Shown here piece by piece: positions 46,167 to 55,832 of a DNA stretch of 64,000 nt. The position numbers and the translations under genes are program-made. How positions within the stretch are numbered: position 1 is the first letter of the stretch; the number at the start of each line of letters is the position of its first letter. The notes under the pieces were generated by a model. The model was not told where the DNA came from and searched no databases. It was given only the letters and a program-made list of their open reading frames with translations. This DNA comes from a virus, in IMG/VR virus record IMGVR_UViG_3300010373_000040, positions 21,240 to 85,239 of that record, one strand, 5' to 3'.

Positions 46167-46927
46167 TATACAAAACCACCTCTTATAAGCAAGTAGTTAC
46201 AAAGGTACAGAGAGACTTTAATCTTACAGGTGGGAATTGGGTTGCCGCTACTCCTGAATGGATAGGCGAGTGCTTGGCTGAGATAGGTTGTCATGCTCAC
46301 TTAGAGAGAATATCATGTGAATTAGAGGTGAGTAATCATAGAGTACCTTATCCGTGTAATCTGGAATCTACATTAGCTATTGAATATCATGGTCATAATT
46401 TGAAGAAAGGAGGTAGTTTAAGAGCTGGTTCTTTTAAAAGACCTTATGTATCAGAAGATGGTTTTTATGGTGGAGTTTTTCCATTAGTAGATCCAGACAC
46501 TAATTCTGTAGAGGAACAAAAAGTGATGAGTCTTGGTAGATATACTGAGAATTATTATATGGAAAATCCTGACTACATTATCACATCTTTTGAATGTGGT
46601 ACTATAACTTTACATTATCAGGGTTATAAATTAGATGAAGATGGTATGCCAGTGGTTCCAGATTCTTCTGAACATAGAGAAGCATTAGCTTTTTATATCC
46701 TCTATAAATATCTTAGTAGAGGTAATCAACATAAAGTGTGGGGTGTTAAAGATGCCTATGATATGTGGGTTAAATATAAAGCTAAGGCTCAGAATATGGC
46801 TAAATTCCCAGATATTCAATCTATGGAAAGATTTACTAATATGTGGGCCAGAATCAAAACTGATCATTTCTTGAATGATAAGTTTTTTGAGAGTAGTGAG
46901 CATAAGGGCAGCAATTACAATATATAA
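46163..46927 (+). CDS. Tail ring (tubular) protein
   Basis: EWIGE.L..IG, ITSFE.G.I.L.Y...LDEDGMP.VPD, W..Y...A. Confidence 0.75.
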   Translation: MIYKTTSYKQVVTKVQRDFNLTGGNWVAATPEWIGECLAEIGCHAHLERISCELEVSNHRVPYPCNLESTLAIEYHGHNLKKGGSLRAGSFKRPYVSEDGFYGGVFPLVDPDTNSVEEQKVMSLGRYTENYYMENPDYIITSFECGTITLHYQGYKLDEDGMPVVPDSSEHREALAFYILYKYLSRGNQHKVWGVKDAYDMWVKYKAKAQNMAKFPDIQSMERFTNMWARIKTDHFLNDKFFESSEHKGSNYNI

Positions 46928-46929
46928 GT

Positions 46930-49900
46930 ATGGATCTACTAGGAGGGCTTAATCAAGACGAATTATATAGTAATCAACCATTGTCTACTTATAGATGGGC
47001 TTTAAATTGGGTTGTAAATCTTAAAGAAGGAACACTGCAAAGTGAGCCTGGATTTGATTTTCAGTTTAAGCTTAGAAATAATTTACAACCTATTGGTATG
47101 GTAGAACTTGCTGATGGGGTTGTAATATTCTCTACAAATCCTGATGGTACAGACTGTGAGATAGGTCTTTTCACAGAAACACCTAAAACTCAGTGGGCTT
47201 TAGATGCTACAACTACTGTAGACTATCCTGCTAATACCTATATTCCTGTACTTAATAATTCTATTGTAACTACTTTAAATGGTACTGCTACAGAGACAGG
47301 ACTTAACTTTAGTCCTTTACATCAAATACAGGGAGTCTATAGATATAATAATATCAGAGAGCTTGAAGTAGCTTTTACTGATTGGTTTAATATTCCTAGG
47401 GTGTTTTATTTAGGAGATTACAATACTTTAGTGAGATATTACCAACCCTACAGTGCTGGAAATCTAGACATTTTCCAAAGGTTTACTGTAGCTAATGTAG
47501 ATAGAAAGATCACTGCTTCTGGGGCTATACCTTCAGGAACTTACTTCTTATTCTATAGATACCAAAATGCTGATTTATCAACCACTCAAACTGTAGTAGT
47601 TGACAGACCTATCTACATTACATCTTTTAATGATGATAGACCAGGGAATACTTGGGGTGATTCTATTATAGCCACTCCTACTAGTAAAGGGATAGCTGTA
47701 AATTTTAAAGATCTTGATATATCTTTCCCTAATTTACAGATAGGCTTATTTAGAGTAAATGATAACAAAGCTGTTATTATAACCTCTCAATCTATTAATG
47801 GACCTATACTACCAGAGATAGTTTTAAAAGCTTTTCAGGGTGATGGTACATTTGGCTCTGGAGATTTAGCAGGAGGTAACCTTAATGTCTTAGTACAGCA
47901 AATTAGGTATATTAGAGCTAAGACTGTAGCCACACAAGGCTCTAGGCTGTACTTTGGTAATCTTATAGGTAATGATTCTACTCAATTAGGTATTTCTCAG
48001 AAATATGTAAACTCATCTAAAATGCAATGGGTTTTAGATATTATTGATACTACTTCTGAAGTACTAGATAATGGTAAGGAGAATAACATAAAAAGTTATA
48101 ATAACTATTATGATCAAAATTTCACTAAGTCTTTTCAGGCAGGTGAGGTCTATGCATTCTTTTGTAGAGCTAGATTAAAAGATGGTACATTATCTCCTTG
48201 GTTTCATGTACCAGGAAATGAGCCTACCAATTTTGATATGCTAATTGTTCCTCCTACATTAACTTCAGCCCCTACTTCTGTAAATATAGCTCAGGATGCT
48301 AATATTAATGATTTACCTATAGTTACAGAAGGGTTGGATGAATTTACTATGGATAAGGAGATCTCAGGTGGAGATCCTTTGGCTAAAGTATACCAGTTGA
48401 GAGATACTGTATCTTATAATACTACTGTAGCATTTAATGCTTTTAGTGGTCAGCCTAATGATTTTGGATATTGGGAGAATCAAGGAGAGTCTTATACTCA
48501 ATATTTCTTAGATGAAGATTTGGATGTTATAGATGCTACAGCTTATGCTAGTGGTGTTGTAACTAAAAGGCTTACTGGGAATGTGAAGCATTTTAGATTC
48601 CCATCTAACTACTGGATCAATAATGCTTATCATTTGAATAATAACACTCTATTCTATGATAGAGATATGACATTTAGGAATCATGCTCTAAATCCTACAC
48701 ATGATCTATTTGTCACTAAGATTCCTAGATTAGGTATTAAGTTCACACCTCCTTTCTTACCTCCAGATATACAAGATACTGTAGATTATTGGGAGTTAGG
48801 ATATGCTGGTAGAGATGGTCAAAATTGTACTGTAATAGGTCAGGATCTATCATTATTTGCTACAGCTAGTTCTAAGAATGATGGTAATTCTGCTGCAGTT
48901 ATACAAGATATAGAAGGGGGTTCTAGAGGACTTTATACTCATACTAGAGAATTTGATTTAAGTAATAAATTCCCTTCTGGGGTATTTTATACAGGTGGAA
49001 CACCTCTCACAGGATATGCTTGGACTAATAATATTGATAGTCAAAGTACATACAATGCTACTTATTATGGTGATAATCCTCCAAATCAAACATTTGATGT
49101 AAATGGTAATCCTGGATTTATATTAGAAGCTGATGGTGGTATTCCTAAATTACCTAAAGCTCAGATGATTGTTCATCCTGACGTTGTAGATATTGGGACT
49201 GATTCTGGATTCAGTATAGATTATGTTTCTTATGAGGTATTTCTTGGAGAAAGAGTGGTTAATCCTAATGCTACAGCCAATAATCCAGGACTGACCACAC
49301 TTGGCAAAAGACCTGATTTAGGTATATCTTATGTATATCCCCCATTTATGCTACCTGATATTCCTACAGATGGTAGTGTTACAAGTATTACCACGGTAAA
49401 ATCATTAGCTGATCCTACTAAAACAGTAGATTTAAAATATGATGATTACCCTGGTAGAGGAGTTTTAATAAAAGATAATCCTGAATACCCTAATCATATT
49501 AGTCCTACTTATGGTATTGAATCATTTTCAGATACTTCTTTATCTTCTATTTCTTTAAATAGAAAAGTTGCTGGAAGTCCTTTAAATATAGATTTAGATA
49601 GTTCTACAACACTAGCTCAATTTATTCCGGGTTATCCTGATTTACAGGTTACTAGTGGCAACCCTATAGAAGGGTATCAGGTAGATACTCAAGTTAAAAT
49701 ACCTTCATCTCAGATATATAAGCTATCATTTAATCCTCCAGTAGTACTTAATAAATTTCCTTATGTTTTAGGACCTTTGGGTGGCAGATCAGCACAACAT
49801 TATGGTGGGATTTCCACTTTTAGTACAGATATATCATTTGACCCTAATAACTTCTCAGATGCTGCTGACTTCTTATCTCACATGGATAGACCTCCAGCTA

Positions 49901-51867
49901 CAGCAGCTCATCCTTCTAATGGGAGGATCTACCCATTAACTACAGATGATAGCTTATTAGGAAATAGGTTTACTAATGGGCATAGCTTTAGTCAAAGTGG
50001 TGTAGGCAATCATTCTAGAAAAGACATGATTTGTACCTATAGAAGGTATACTAATAACGTCTATTCTGGATTATTTAATAGTCTAGGAATTATAAAAGCC
50101 GGGGAGACTAATAAAGAAGATGTGATTTATTTTGGAGATGTATTTTTGAATAAGGTTAATTACAAATTCAGAGGTATGTCAAGATCTAATGATGCAGAAT
50201 TAACAGTTCAAACAACAATAAGTGGTAGTAGATCAGGAGCTTCTTTTGTTGGAGGGATAACCACCCCTTATTTCTTTGCCTATACTGTAGGAGAAGGTAC
50301 ATATAAGAAGATCTCTTTTAGGAATATTGTAAAAGTAACAGAGTTTAACTTCTTTGGAACCACAAGAAAGAATTTAGCATATAGGGATTTAGCTAATTAT
50401 AATTTAGGCTATCCTGATTGTAATAGATCTAACATTAACTATGACATACAGAATTCATTCTTTCCTAAAACTGAAACATCTATTAAGACATTAGATAGTG
50501 CTGCCTTAGCTGGTAAGTATCCTTTTAGATTAATATTTGGTCAAGAACAAGGGACTGATGCTAAAGTTAATAACTGGAGACAATTCTTATCTACAGATCT
50601 TTATGAGATGGATAAGGTAAAAGGAGAGATTGTAAATTTACAAGGGTATGATGAGCAACTACTTATTCATACAGAAAGAGCTTTATGGATTACTAGACCT
50701 GTAAGTAGATTAGCTTTAGCTGATGGATCTAATTATGAGGCTATATTAGGCACAGGCTCTCTATTTGATCCTACACCTAATGAAATATCTCCTTCACCAT
50801 TAGGTACAGGAGGGACTGTACATCAATTCTCCTGTAAGCTTAGTAAGCTAGGTTATTCTTTTATAAATGCTAATACTGGTAGATTCTATCTATATAGAAA
50901 AGATTTTAATGGTATAGGTAATTTAGGAGATTTAGGTATGTATCAATTCTTGCAAACCTATGCTAATATTGGTAGAAATGACTTCTCTAATAATAGAGCT
51001 GCAGGTATTTCAGCATTCTGTTCATGGTATGATCCACATCTTAAAAGACTAGTATTTGGCTATAATCAGGTATCAGAGAATGTAGATACTACTCCTAATG
51101 GAGATTATGAGAGAAGTAAGGAAGCTGGATTTCAACCTTATACACTATCAGTATCTGAGGTAGAAAATGAGAAGTTGGCTTTCACATCTTTTCATGATTA
51201 TCATCCTACATTGGCTATATCCACTATGTTTCAAGTGTATTCATTTGATGGTCAGAATTTCTATAGACATAATAGCCCAGATAGTATTAATAAATTCTAT
51301 GATGGAGATGTGTTTAACTCTATAATAGATGTAGTATTTAATACTACCAAAATTAGAACCCAAGACGGAGGTACTGTAGAAGGAGCTAAAAATGCATTCA
51401 AGGAATTTCAGAACTTTAAATGGATGACAGAAGTAGGTCTTTTAGGTCCTAATCCTCCTTCTAGTCAAGAAAGGCAAAGATACCTGGAGACTTTTGATTT
51501 TGCTACTGTGTACAATACTGTACAATTATCAGAAAGAATGGCTTTAGTTCCTTTTCAGACTATTAGAGTATTTGATGGATATTGGAATTTTAATGCTTTT
51601 AGAGATAATCTTCAGAGAAATAGCTATCCTTCTGCTAATAAATTCGAGGATTTTCCTAAATTTATAGGAGATCCTATTACAGGTTATAGTTTGGATTACA
51701 CTAAGTTAGATCCTACAAAACCTTATAACAAGAGATTTGTAAATACGTATAGTATACTTAGGTTGGAAGCTAATCCTTTATACACTCCACAAGGTGGTTC
51801 TCCACAACCTATAAAGCAAATATCTATTATAGATATAGATTCATTAAATAAAACTGTTACAAAGTAA
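46930..51867 (+). CDS. Tail muzzle/stabilisation protein
   Basis: 1645 aa; GGLNQD start, FTDWFNIPR, SFQAGEVYAF, FGYWEN..E.Y, VKHFRFP, SFHDY.P. Confidence 0.8.
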   Translation: MDLLGGLNQDELYSNQPLSTYRWALNWVVNLKEGTLQSEPGFDFQFKLRNNLQPIGMVELADGVVIFSTNPDGTDCEIGLFTETPKTQWALDATTTVDYPANTYIPVLNNSIVTTLNGTATETGLNFSPLHQIQGVYRYNNIRELEVAFTDWFNIPRVFYLGDYNTLVRYYQPYSAGNLDIFQRFTVANVDRKITASGAIPSGTYFLFYRYQNADLSTTQTVVVDRPIYITSFNDDRPGNTWGDSIIATPTSKGIAVNFKDLDISFPNLQIGLFRVNDNKAVIITSQSINGPILPEIVLKAFQGDGTFGSGDLAGGNLNVLVQQIRYIRAKTVATQGSRLYFGNLIGNDSTQLGISQKYVNSSKMQWVLDIIDTTSEVLDNGKENNIKSYNNYYDQNFTKSFQAGEVYAFFCRARLKDGTLSPWFHVPGNEPTNFDMLIVPPTLTSAPTSVNIAQDANINDLPIVTEGLDEFTMDKEISGGDPLAKVYQLRDTVSYNTTVAFNAFSGQPNDFGYWENQGESYTQYFLDEDLDVIDATAYASGVVTKRLTGNVKHFRFPSNYWINNAYHLNNNTLFYDRDMTFRNHALNPTHDLFVTKIPRLGIKFTPPFLPPDIQDTVDYWELGYAGRDGQNCTVIGQDLSLFATASSKNDGNSAAVIQDIEGGSRGLYTHTREFDLSNKFPSGVFYTGGTPLTGYAWTNNIDSQSTYNATYYGDNPPNQTFDVNGNPGFILEADGGIPKLPKAQMIVHPDVVDIGTDSGFSIDYVSYEVFLGERVVNPNATANNPGLTTLGKRPDLGISYVYPPFMLPDIPTDGSVTSITTVKSLADPTKTVDLKYDDYPGRGVLIKDNPEYPNHISPTYGIESFSDTSLSSISLNRKVAGSPLNIDLDSSTTLAQFIPGYPDLQVTSGNPIEGYQVDTQVKIPSSQIYKLSFNPPVVLNKFPYVLGPLGGRSAQHYGGISTFSTDISFDPNNFSDAADFLSHMDRPPATAAHPSNGRIYPLTTDDSLLGNRFTNGHSFSQSGVGNHSRKDMICTYRRYTNNVYSGLFNSLGIIKAGETNKEDVIYFGDVFLNKVNYKFRGMSRSNDAELTVQTTISGSRSGASFVGGITTPYFFAYTVGEGTYKKISFRNIVKVTEFNFFGTTRKNLAYRDLANYNLGYPDCNRSNINYDIQNSFFPKTETSIKTLDSAALAGKYPFRLIFGQEQGTDAKVNNWRQFLSTDLYEMDKVKGEIVNLQGYDEQLLIHTERALWITRPVSRLALADGSNYEAILGTGSLFDPTPNEISPSPLGTGGTVHQFSCKLSKLGYSFINANTGRFYLYRKDFNGIGNLGDLGMYQFLQTYANIGRNDFSNNRAAGISAFCSWYDPHLKRLVFGYNQVSENVDTTPNGDYERSKEAGFQPYTLSVSEVENEKLAFTSFHDYHPTLAISTMFQVYSFDGQNFYRHNSPDSINKFYDGDVFNSIIDVVFNTTKIRTQDGGTVEGAKNAFKEFQNFKWMTEVGLLGPNPPSSQERQRYLETFDFATVYNTVQLSERMALVPFQTIRVFDGYWNFNAFRDNLQRNSYPSANKFEDFPKFIGDPITGYSLDYTKLDPTKPYNKRFVNTYSILRLEANPLYTPQGGSPQPIKQISIIDIDSLNKTVTK

Positions 51868-53810
51868 TGCTGAAACCAAGAAAATCTAAAATAGGTAAGA
51901 TCTTTAAAGCTGCTCAAGGTGGTATTTATGATCAGAATGGTAACTTAACTACTAATGTAGCTCAATTAGGTGGTAATCCTATGTATGGTGCTACAGGAAA
52001 TAGTCTATCTCCTGTTCCTAAGATTAAGGTTAATCAGGATAATACTAACTATGTACAACAATATGCTTTAAAAGGAGCTACTGCTGGAGCTTCCTTAATG
52101 GCAGTTAATCCTGTAGTAGGTTTAGCCGCTACTGCTGTGGGAGCTACTGCTGGAGCTATAGGAGGTGCTATTAAGCAATCTAAAGCTCAAGGTCAGAATA
52201 GAAATATGATGAGAGAAGCTGCTACACAACAGATAGCTCAGAATAAAGCTTGGAATAATGATTCTATTAATGTAGCTAAACAAAATGATCTTAGAAATGC
52301 TCAATTACAAAAGCAACAATCTATAGGGGCTAAGACATCATTTTATGGAGATTATAATTTGGCTAAGAAAGGTATGAAGGTTGTTAAGGCTGAGGATGGT
52401 TTATTCTCTAATAAGAATCTAGGTATTTCTTCAGTTAATACTCCCTATGAAGCACCTACTCCAACAGGAAATACTTTGCCTGGAAATAATAAAAGGTCCT
52501 TTAATATAGGGAATGCTGGAGCCTATGCTAATGCAGCAATAGGTTTAGTAGGAGGTATTATGGATTATTCTCAACCTACTACAGGTTATATTTACAAAGC
52601 TAAGAATGGTATAAAGTTAGCTAAAGGAGGAAGTTTAGATAAAATGGCTTCTGATTCAGTAGCTATTAACGGACCTTCTCATGAGAATGGTGGGGTGGAT
52701 ATGACAGAGGTTGTAGATAGTCCAGATGAAGAAAAGTTAGAAGCAGAAGGAGGAGAATCTATGAAAGACTCTGATGATGCTACTATGATATTTTCAGATA
52801 CTTTAAAGATCCCAGGGAGTAAATTAACATTTGCAGATGTACATAAATCATTGGCTACTAAAAGAGGCTCTATGGAAAAGAAGATATTAAAATATGCTCA
52901 AAGACCTTCTATTGATAATAAAACAGCTATTAAAGCTTTGGGAGCTAAAACAGCTAAAATAGATCAACAGGAGAACATGTTATTTCAACTACAGCAACAA
53001 ATGAATGGTAATCATTCTAATGAGAATACTGCTAGAAAAGGAATGCATGTGACTAAGGCTGCTAATGGGGCTGCTTTCAATACTGGCTTATCTGTATTGG
53101 GAGGAGGTTTAGAATACTTTAATCTGGAAAATAGAGTTAGACAGAATCAGAAAGCTAGAGCCAATGCTGTAGATCAGATTGCTGGCTTACAGATTCCTCA
53201 GCAAAAAAGACTTGATAATATCACTTTAGGATATGCTAGAAATGATGTAGCTAGAGCTGATATTAATACACAACTTCAAAATGCTACTAATATTGTAGGT
53301 AAATCTACTTCGGGTAATCAAGTAGGAGCTGCTTTAACAGGCTTATTAGGAAAAGGTTTAGAACAGAATGCTGCTCTTATTCAGGAACAACAAAATAATA
53401 TGGTTCAAGCTGGTAATGAAACTAAGTTGCAAAACCTAAGTATTAATCAAATTAATAATCAGAATGCCTACCAATCTCAATTGATGAATCTTGAAAGAAA
53501 CAAGGATGTCATTAATGATAAAGCTAACCTAGTTACTGATTACAATAAGGAGCATTCTGAATATGTTACAGATAATTTCAGAAAAGAGAAATATGCTGAT
53601 AAGTCTTTAGCTATTCAGTATGCTGGTTTAGATACTCAAAGTCAAAACTATCTTAAAAACATGGGATTATCTCCAGATCATTGGACTGATCCTACAAATA
53701 GAGTTTTAGGGTCTTTTAAGAAGGGCGGTAGTATCTTGAAGAATAGATGTGGAGGTAAGCTTGTAAAAGCAGGATTAGGTGCTAAATTGCAGAAAGATTG
53801 TGGTTGTTAA
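51867..53810 (+). CDS. Virion cargo (ejection) protein
   Basis: Gly/Ala-rich hydrophobic helices; GPSHENGG and EAEGGE motifs; repeated KAxxG(G). Confidence 0.7.
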   Translation: MLKPRKSKIGKIFKAAQGGIYDQNGNLTTNVAQLGGNPMYGATGNSLSPVPKIKVNQDNTNYVQQYALKGATAGASLMAVNPVVGLAATAVGATAGAIGGAIKQSKAQGQNRNMMREAATQQIAQNKAWNNDSINVAKQNDLRNAQLQKQQSIGAKTSFYGDYNLAKKGMKVVKAEDGLFSNKNLGISSVNTPYEAPTPTGNTLPGNNKRSFNIGNAGAYANAAIGLVGGIMDYSQPTTGYIYKAKNGIKLAKGGSLDKMASDSVAINGPSHENGGVDMTEVVDSPDEEKLEAEGGESMKDSDDATMIFSDTLKIPGSKLTFADVHKSLATKRGSMEKKILKYAQRPSIDNKTAIKALGAKTAKIDQQENMLFQLQQQMNGNHSNENTARKGMHVTKAANGAAFNTGLSVLGGGLEYFNLENRVRQNQKARANAVDQIAGLQIPQQKRLDNITLGYARNDVARADINTQLQNATNIVGKSTSGNQVGAALTGLLGKGLEQNAALIQEQQNNMVQAGNETKLQNLSINQINNQNAYQSQLMNLERNKDVINDKANLVTDYNKEHSEYVTDNFRKEKYADKSLAIQYAGLDTQSQNYLKNMGLSPDHWTDPTNRVLGSFKKGGSILKNRCGGKLVKAGLGAKLQKDCGC

Positions 53811-53813
53811 TTT

Positions 53814-55829
53814 ATGGGAAATTTCTCTTTAGATAAATATCAAGCAATGAAGCCCCTCTTTGTAGAGGCTTTAGATGCTTCTAAGACTGTTGACATTTTA
53901 AATCATGCTCAAAAGGAAGCTGCTTTATCTGCTAATATTAAGAGAACTCCTGCAGTTGAGGGAGTTGATCTTAAAAATAGAGATATTATACATGATCAAT
54001 ATGGTAACATTATAAACCAAGCTGCAGATGCTGAAGGCAACCCTTTGGATAAAGCTTCTTATGTAAGAAAACTAGGTGCTGAATATGTCAATAATCCTTT
54101 GCTAGAAGCTTATGGCAAAAGTGATGCTCAAAGAAATGATTATAATTCAGCTTTAGTAGATAGAGTTAAGAAAGCTGATATTAAAGCTGAGGATGCTGAT
54201 TTAGCATCTCAGGCTGCTTTATTAAAGCATAACTATAAAGGTGGTACTAATCCTCAAACAGGTAATTACTTTGCTAATTCATTATATAATGTCCCTAATG
54301 TTGTAGATGAACAAGGTATTGTAAAAGATATTGTAGCTACTCCAGATGGCTATAGAACAGAGAATCAATCTATAATCAAGTATGATTCTGCTACAGGAGA
54401 AATATTTTCTAGATCTGTAGTTAATGGGAAAGAGTATTTTCAGCAAGGCAGAGAAGTGGGGGAATATTTATATGCTAATAATGAGAAAGGTATCAGAGAT
54501 AGACATATATGGGATGCTAAAAAAGAAGTAGCTAGACAGTTAGTAAATGATGGTAAGTATAGAAATGAAGCTGAAGCTTTTATTGCTGTAGATCAAAATG
54601 CTAATGGTGACTTCACCAACAGACTTACTGAAAGAATGAAAGAAAAGAAATCTAGATTTATTAATAGTTTAGTTGCTCAGAAAGACTTCTTACAACAAGA
54701 AAGAGCTACTAAAGAATCTATAAATCCTGCTGCAGTAGGTGGTGCTGGAGCTACTAAAGAGCCTACTGAATTAGTTATAGATACTAGATCTGATGTTCAT
54801 ACTTTATCATTCAATGATGATGAACTTAATAACTTAGATCTTGATAAGTTTGTACAAGAATATAAAACTGCTCAAGCATCTAGTATTAATGAAGATTCTA
54901 AAATGTCTCAAGCTCAAGCAGCTAGATTAGGTTTAGTAGGAGGTATATATGGACCTAATGACCCTAATATGGTTAAACAGGCTAAGGCTAAACATGCTGA
55001 GTTTATTAAAACAGTAGAAGACTTTAGAGCTGGTAGATCAGAAGTATTAAAGAAATACGGATTTTCACAGGAGGTATGGAAAGGGTTATCTAAAGAAGAA
55101 CAAGATATTAAAATTAAAGATCTTATTAGACAGAGAAGAAATACTACATCCAGTGTTGGTATTCTAGAAGCTAATAATACCAATGTATACAAAGGAGCAT
55201 TAGATAATGCTAGTGAGATATTTGTGTTTGATCACAATAAGAATAACTATGAGAAGGTAGACAGGAAAGACTTTAAATCTAAATATTTAAATAATGGAGG
55301 TTGGTTTAGCTCTTCATTGTCTGAGCAAGATATGAAACAATTAAAACAAAATTCAGGGTTTAAATCTAACAATGAGTCAGCTAGTATAGACAGCTATGAA
55401 GAATATGCTGGACATGCTGCTAGTAAAACTCCTACTCTAGCTTTTGATTTTACTGGCTATAAAGTTAAACCCTATTTACAATTTAATGCTGGAGATAACA
55501 ACTCTTCTGTAAGAGTACCTATTTCAGATATTACTGAGAGTTCTTTAGTACCTATTCAGAATGCTTTCAAAGAGTTTAAGAATCCTACAGGCAATGAAGT
55601 TAAGATTGCTCCTCATATAGAGCTTTCTTCTGGAGGTCAATATAAAGAATACAATAATCTAACTGCTAGATGGGTAGATGGTACTTATACTATATTTGCA
55701 GAAGGTAAGCCTACTACTTTAACTCTAGAGAAACTTGCTGTGGGTATGGTAGGTAGACAGATTAATAATTTGAATACTACTGCTAATACTGTTAAAGTAA
55801 AATCCAACAAACCTGAAGGAGGTCAATAA
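53814..55829 (+). CDS. Virion cargo protein
   Basis: Synteny between muzzle and giant proteins; helical composition. Confidence 0.6.
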   Translation: MGNFSLDKYQAMKPLFVEALDASKTVDILNHAQKEAALSANIKRTPAVEGVDLKNRDIIHDQYGNIINQAADAEGNPLDKASYVRKLGAEYVNNPLLEAYGKSDAQRNDYNSALVDRVKKADIKAEDADLASQAALLKHNYKGGTNPQTGNYFANSLYNVPNVVDEQGIVKDIVATPDGYRTENQSIIKYDSATGEIFSRSVVNGKEYFQQGREVGEYLYANNEKGIRDRHIWDAKKEVARQLVNDGKYRNEAEAFIAVDQNANGDFTNRLTERMKEKKSRFINSLVAQKDFLQQERATKESINPAAVGGAGATKEPTELVIDTRSDVHTLSFNDDELNNLDLDKFVQEYKTAQASSINEDSKMSQAQAARLGLVGGIYGPNDPNMVKQAKAKHAEFIKTVEDFRAGRSEVLKKYGFSQEVWKGLSKEEQDIKIKDLIRQRRNTTSSVGILEANNTNVYKGALDNASEIFVFDHNKNNYEKVDRKDFKSKYLNNGGWFSSSLSEQDMKQLKQNSGFKSNNESASIDSYEEYAGHAASKTPTLAFDFTGYKVKPYLQFNAGDNNSSVRVPISDITESSLVPIQNAFKEFKNPTGNEVKIAPHIELSSGGQYKEYNNLTARWVDGTYTIFAEGKPTTLTLEKLAVGMVGRQINNLNTTANTVKVKSNKPEGGQ

Positions 55830-55832
55830 CCT

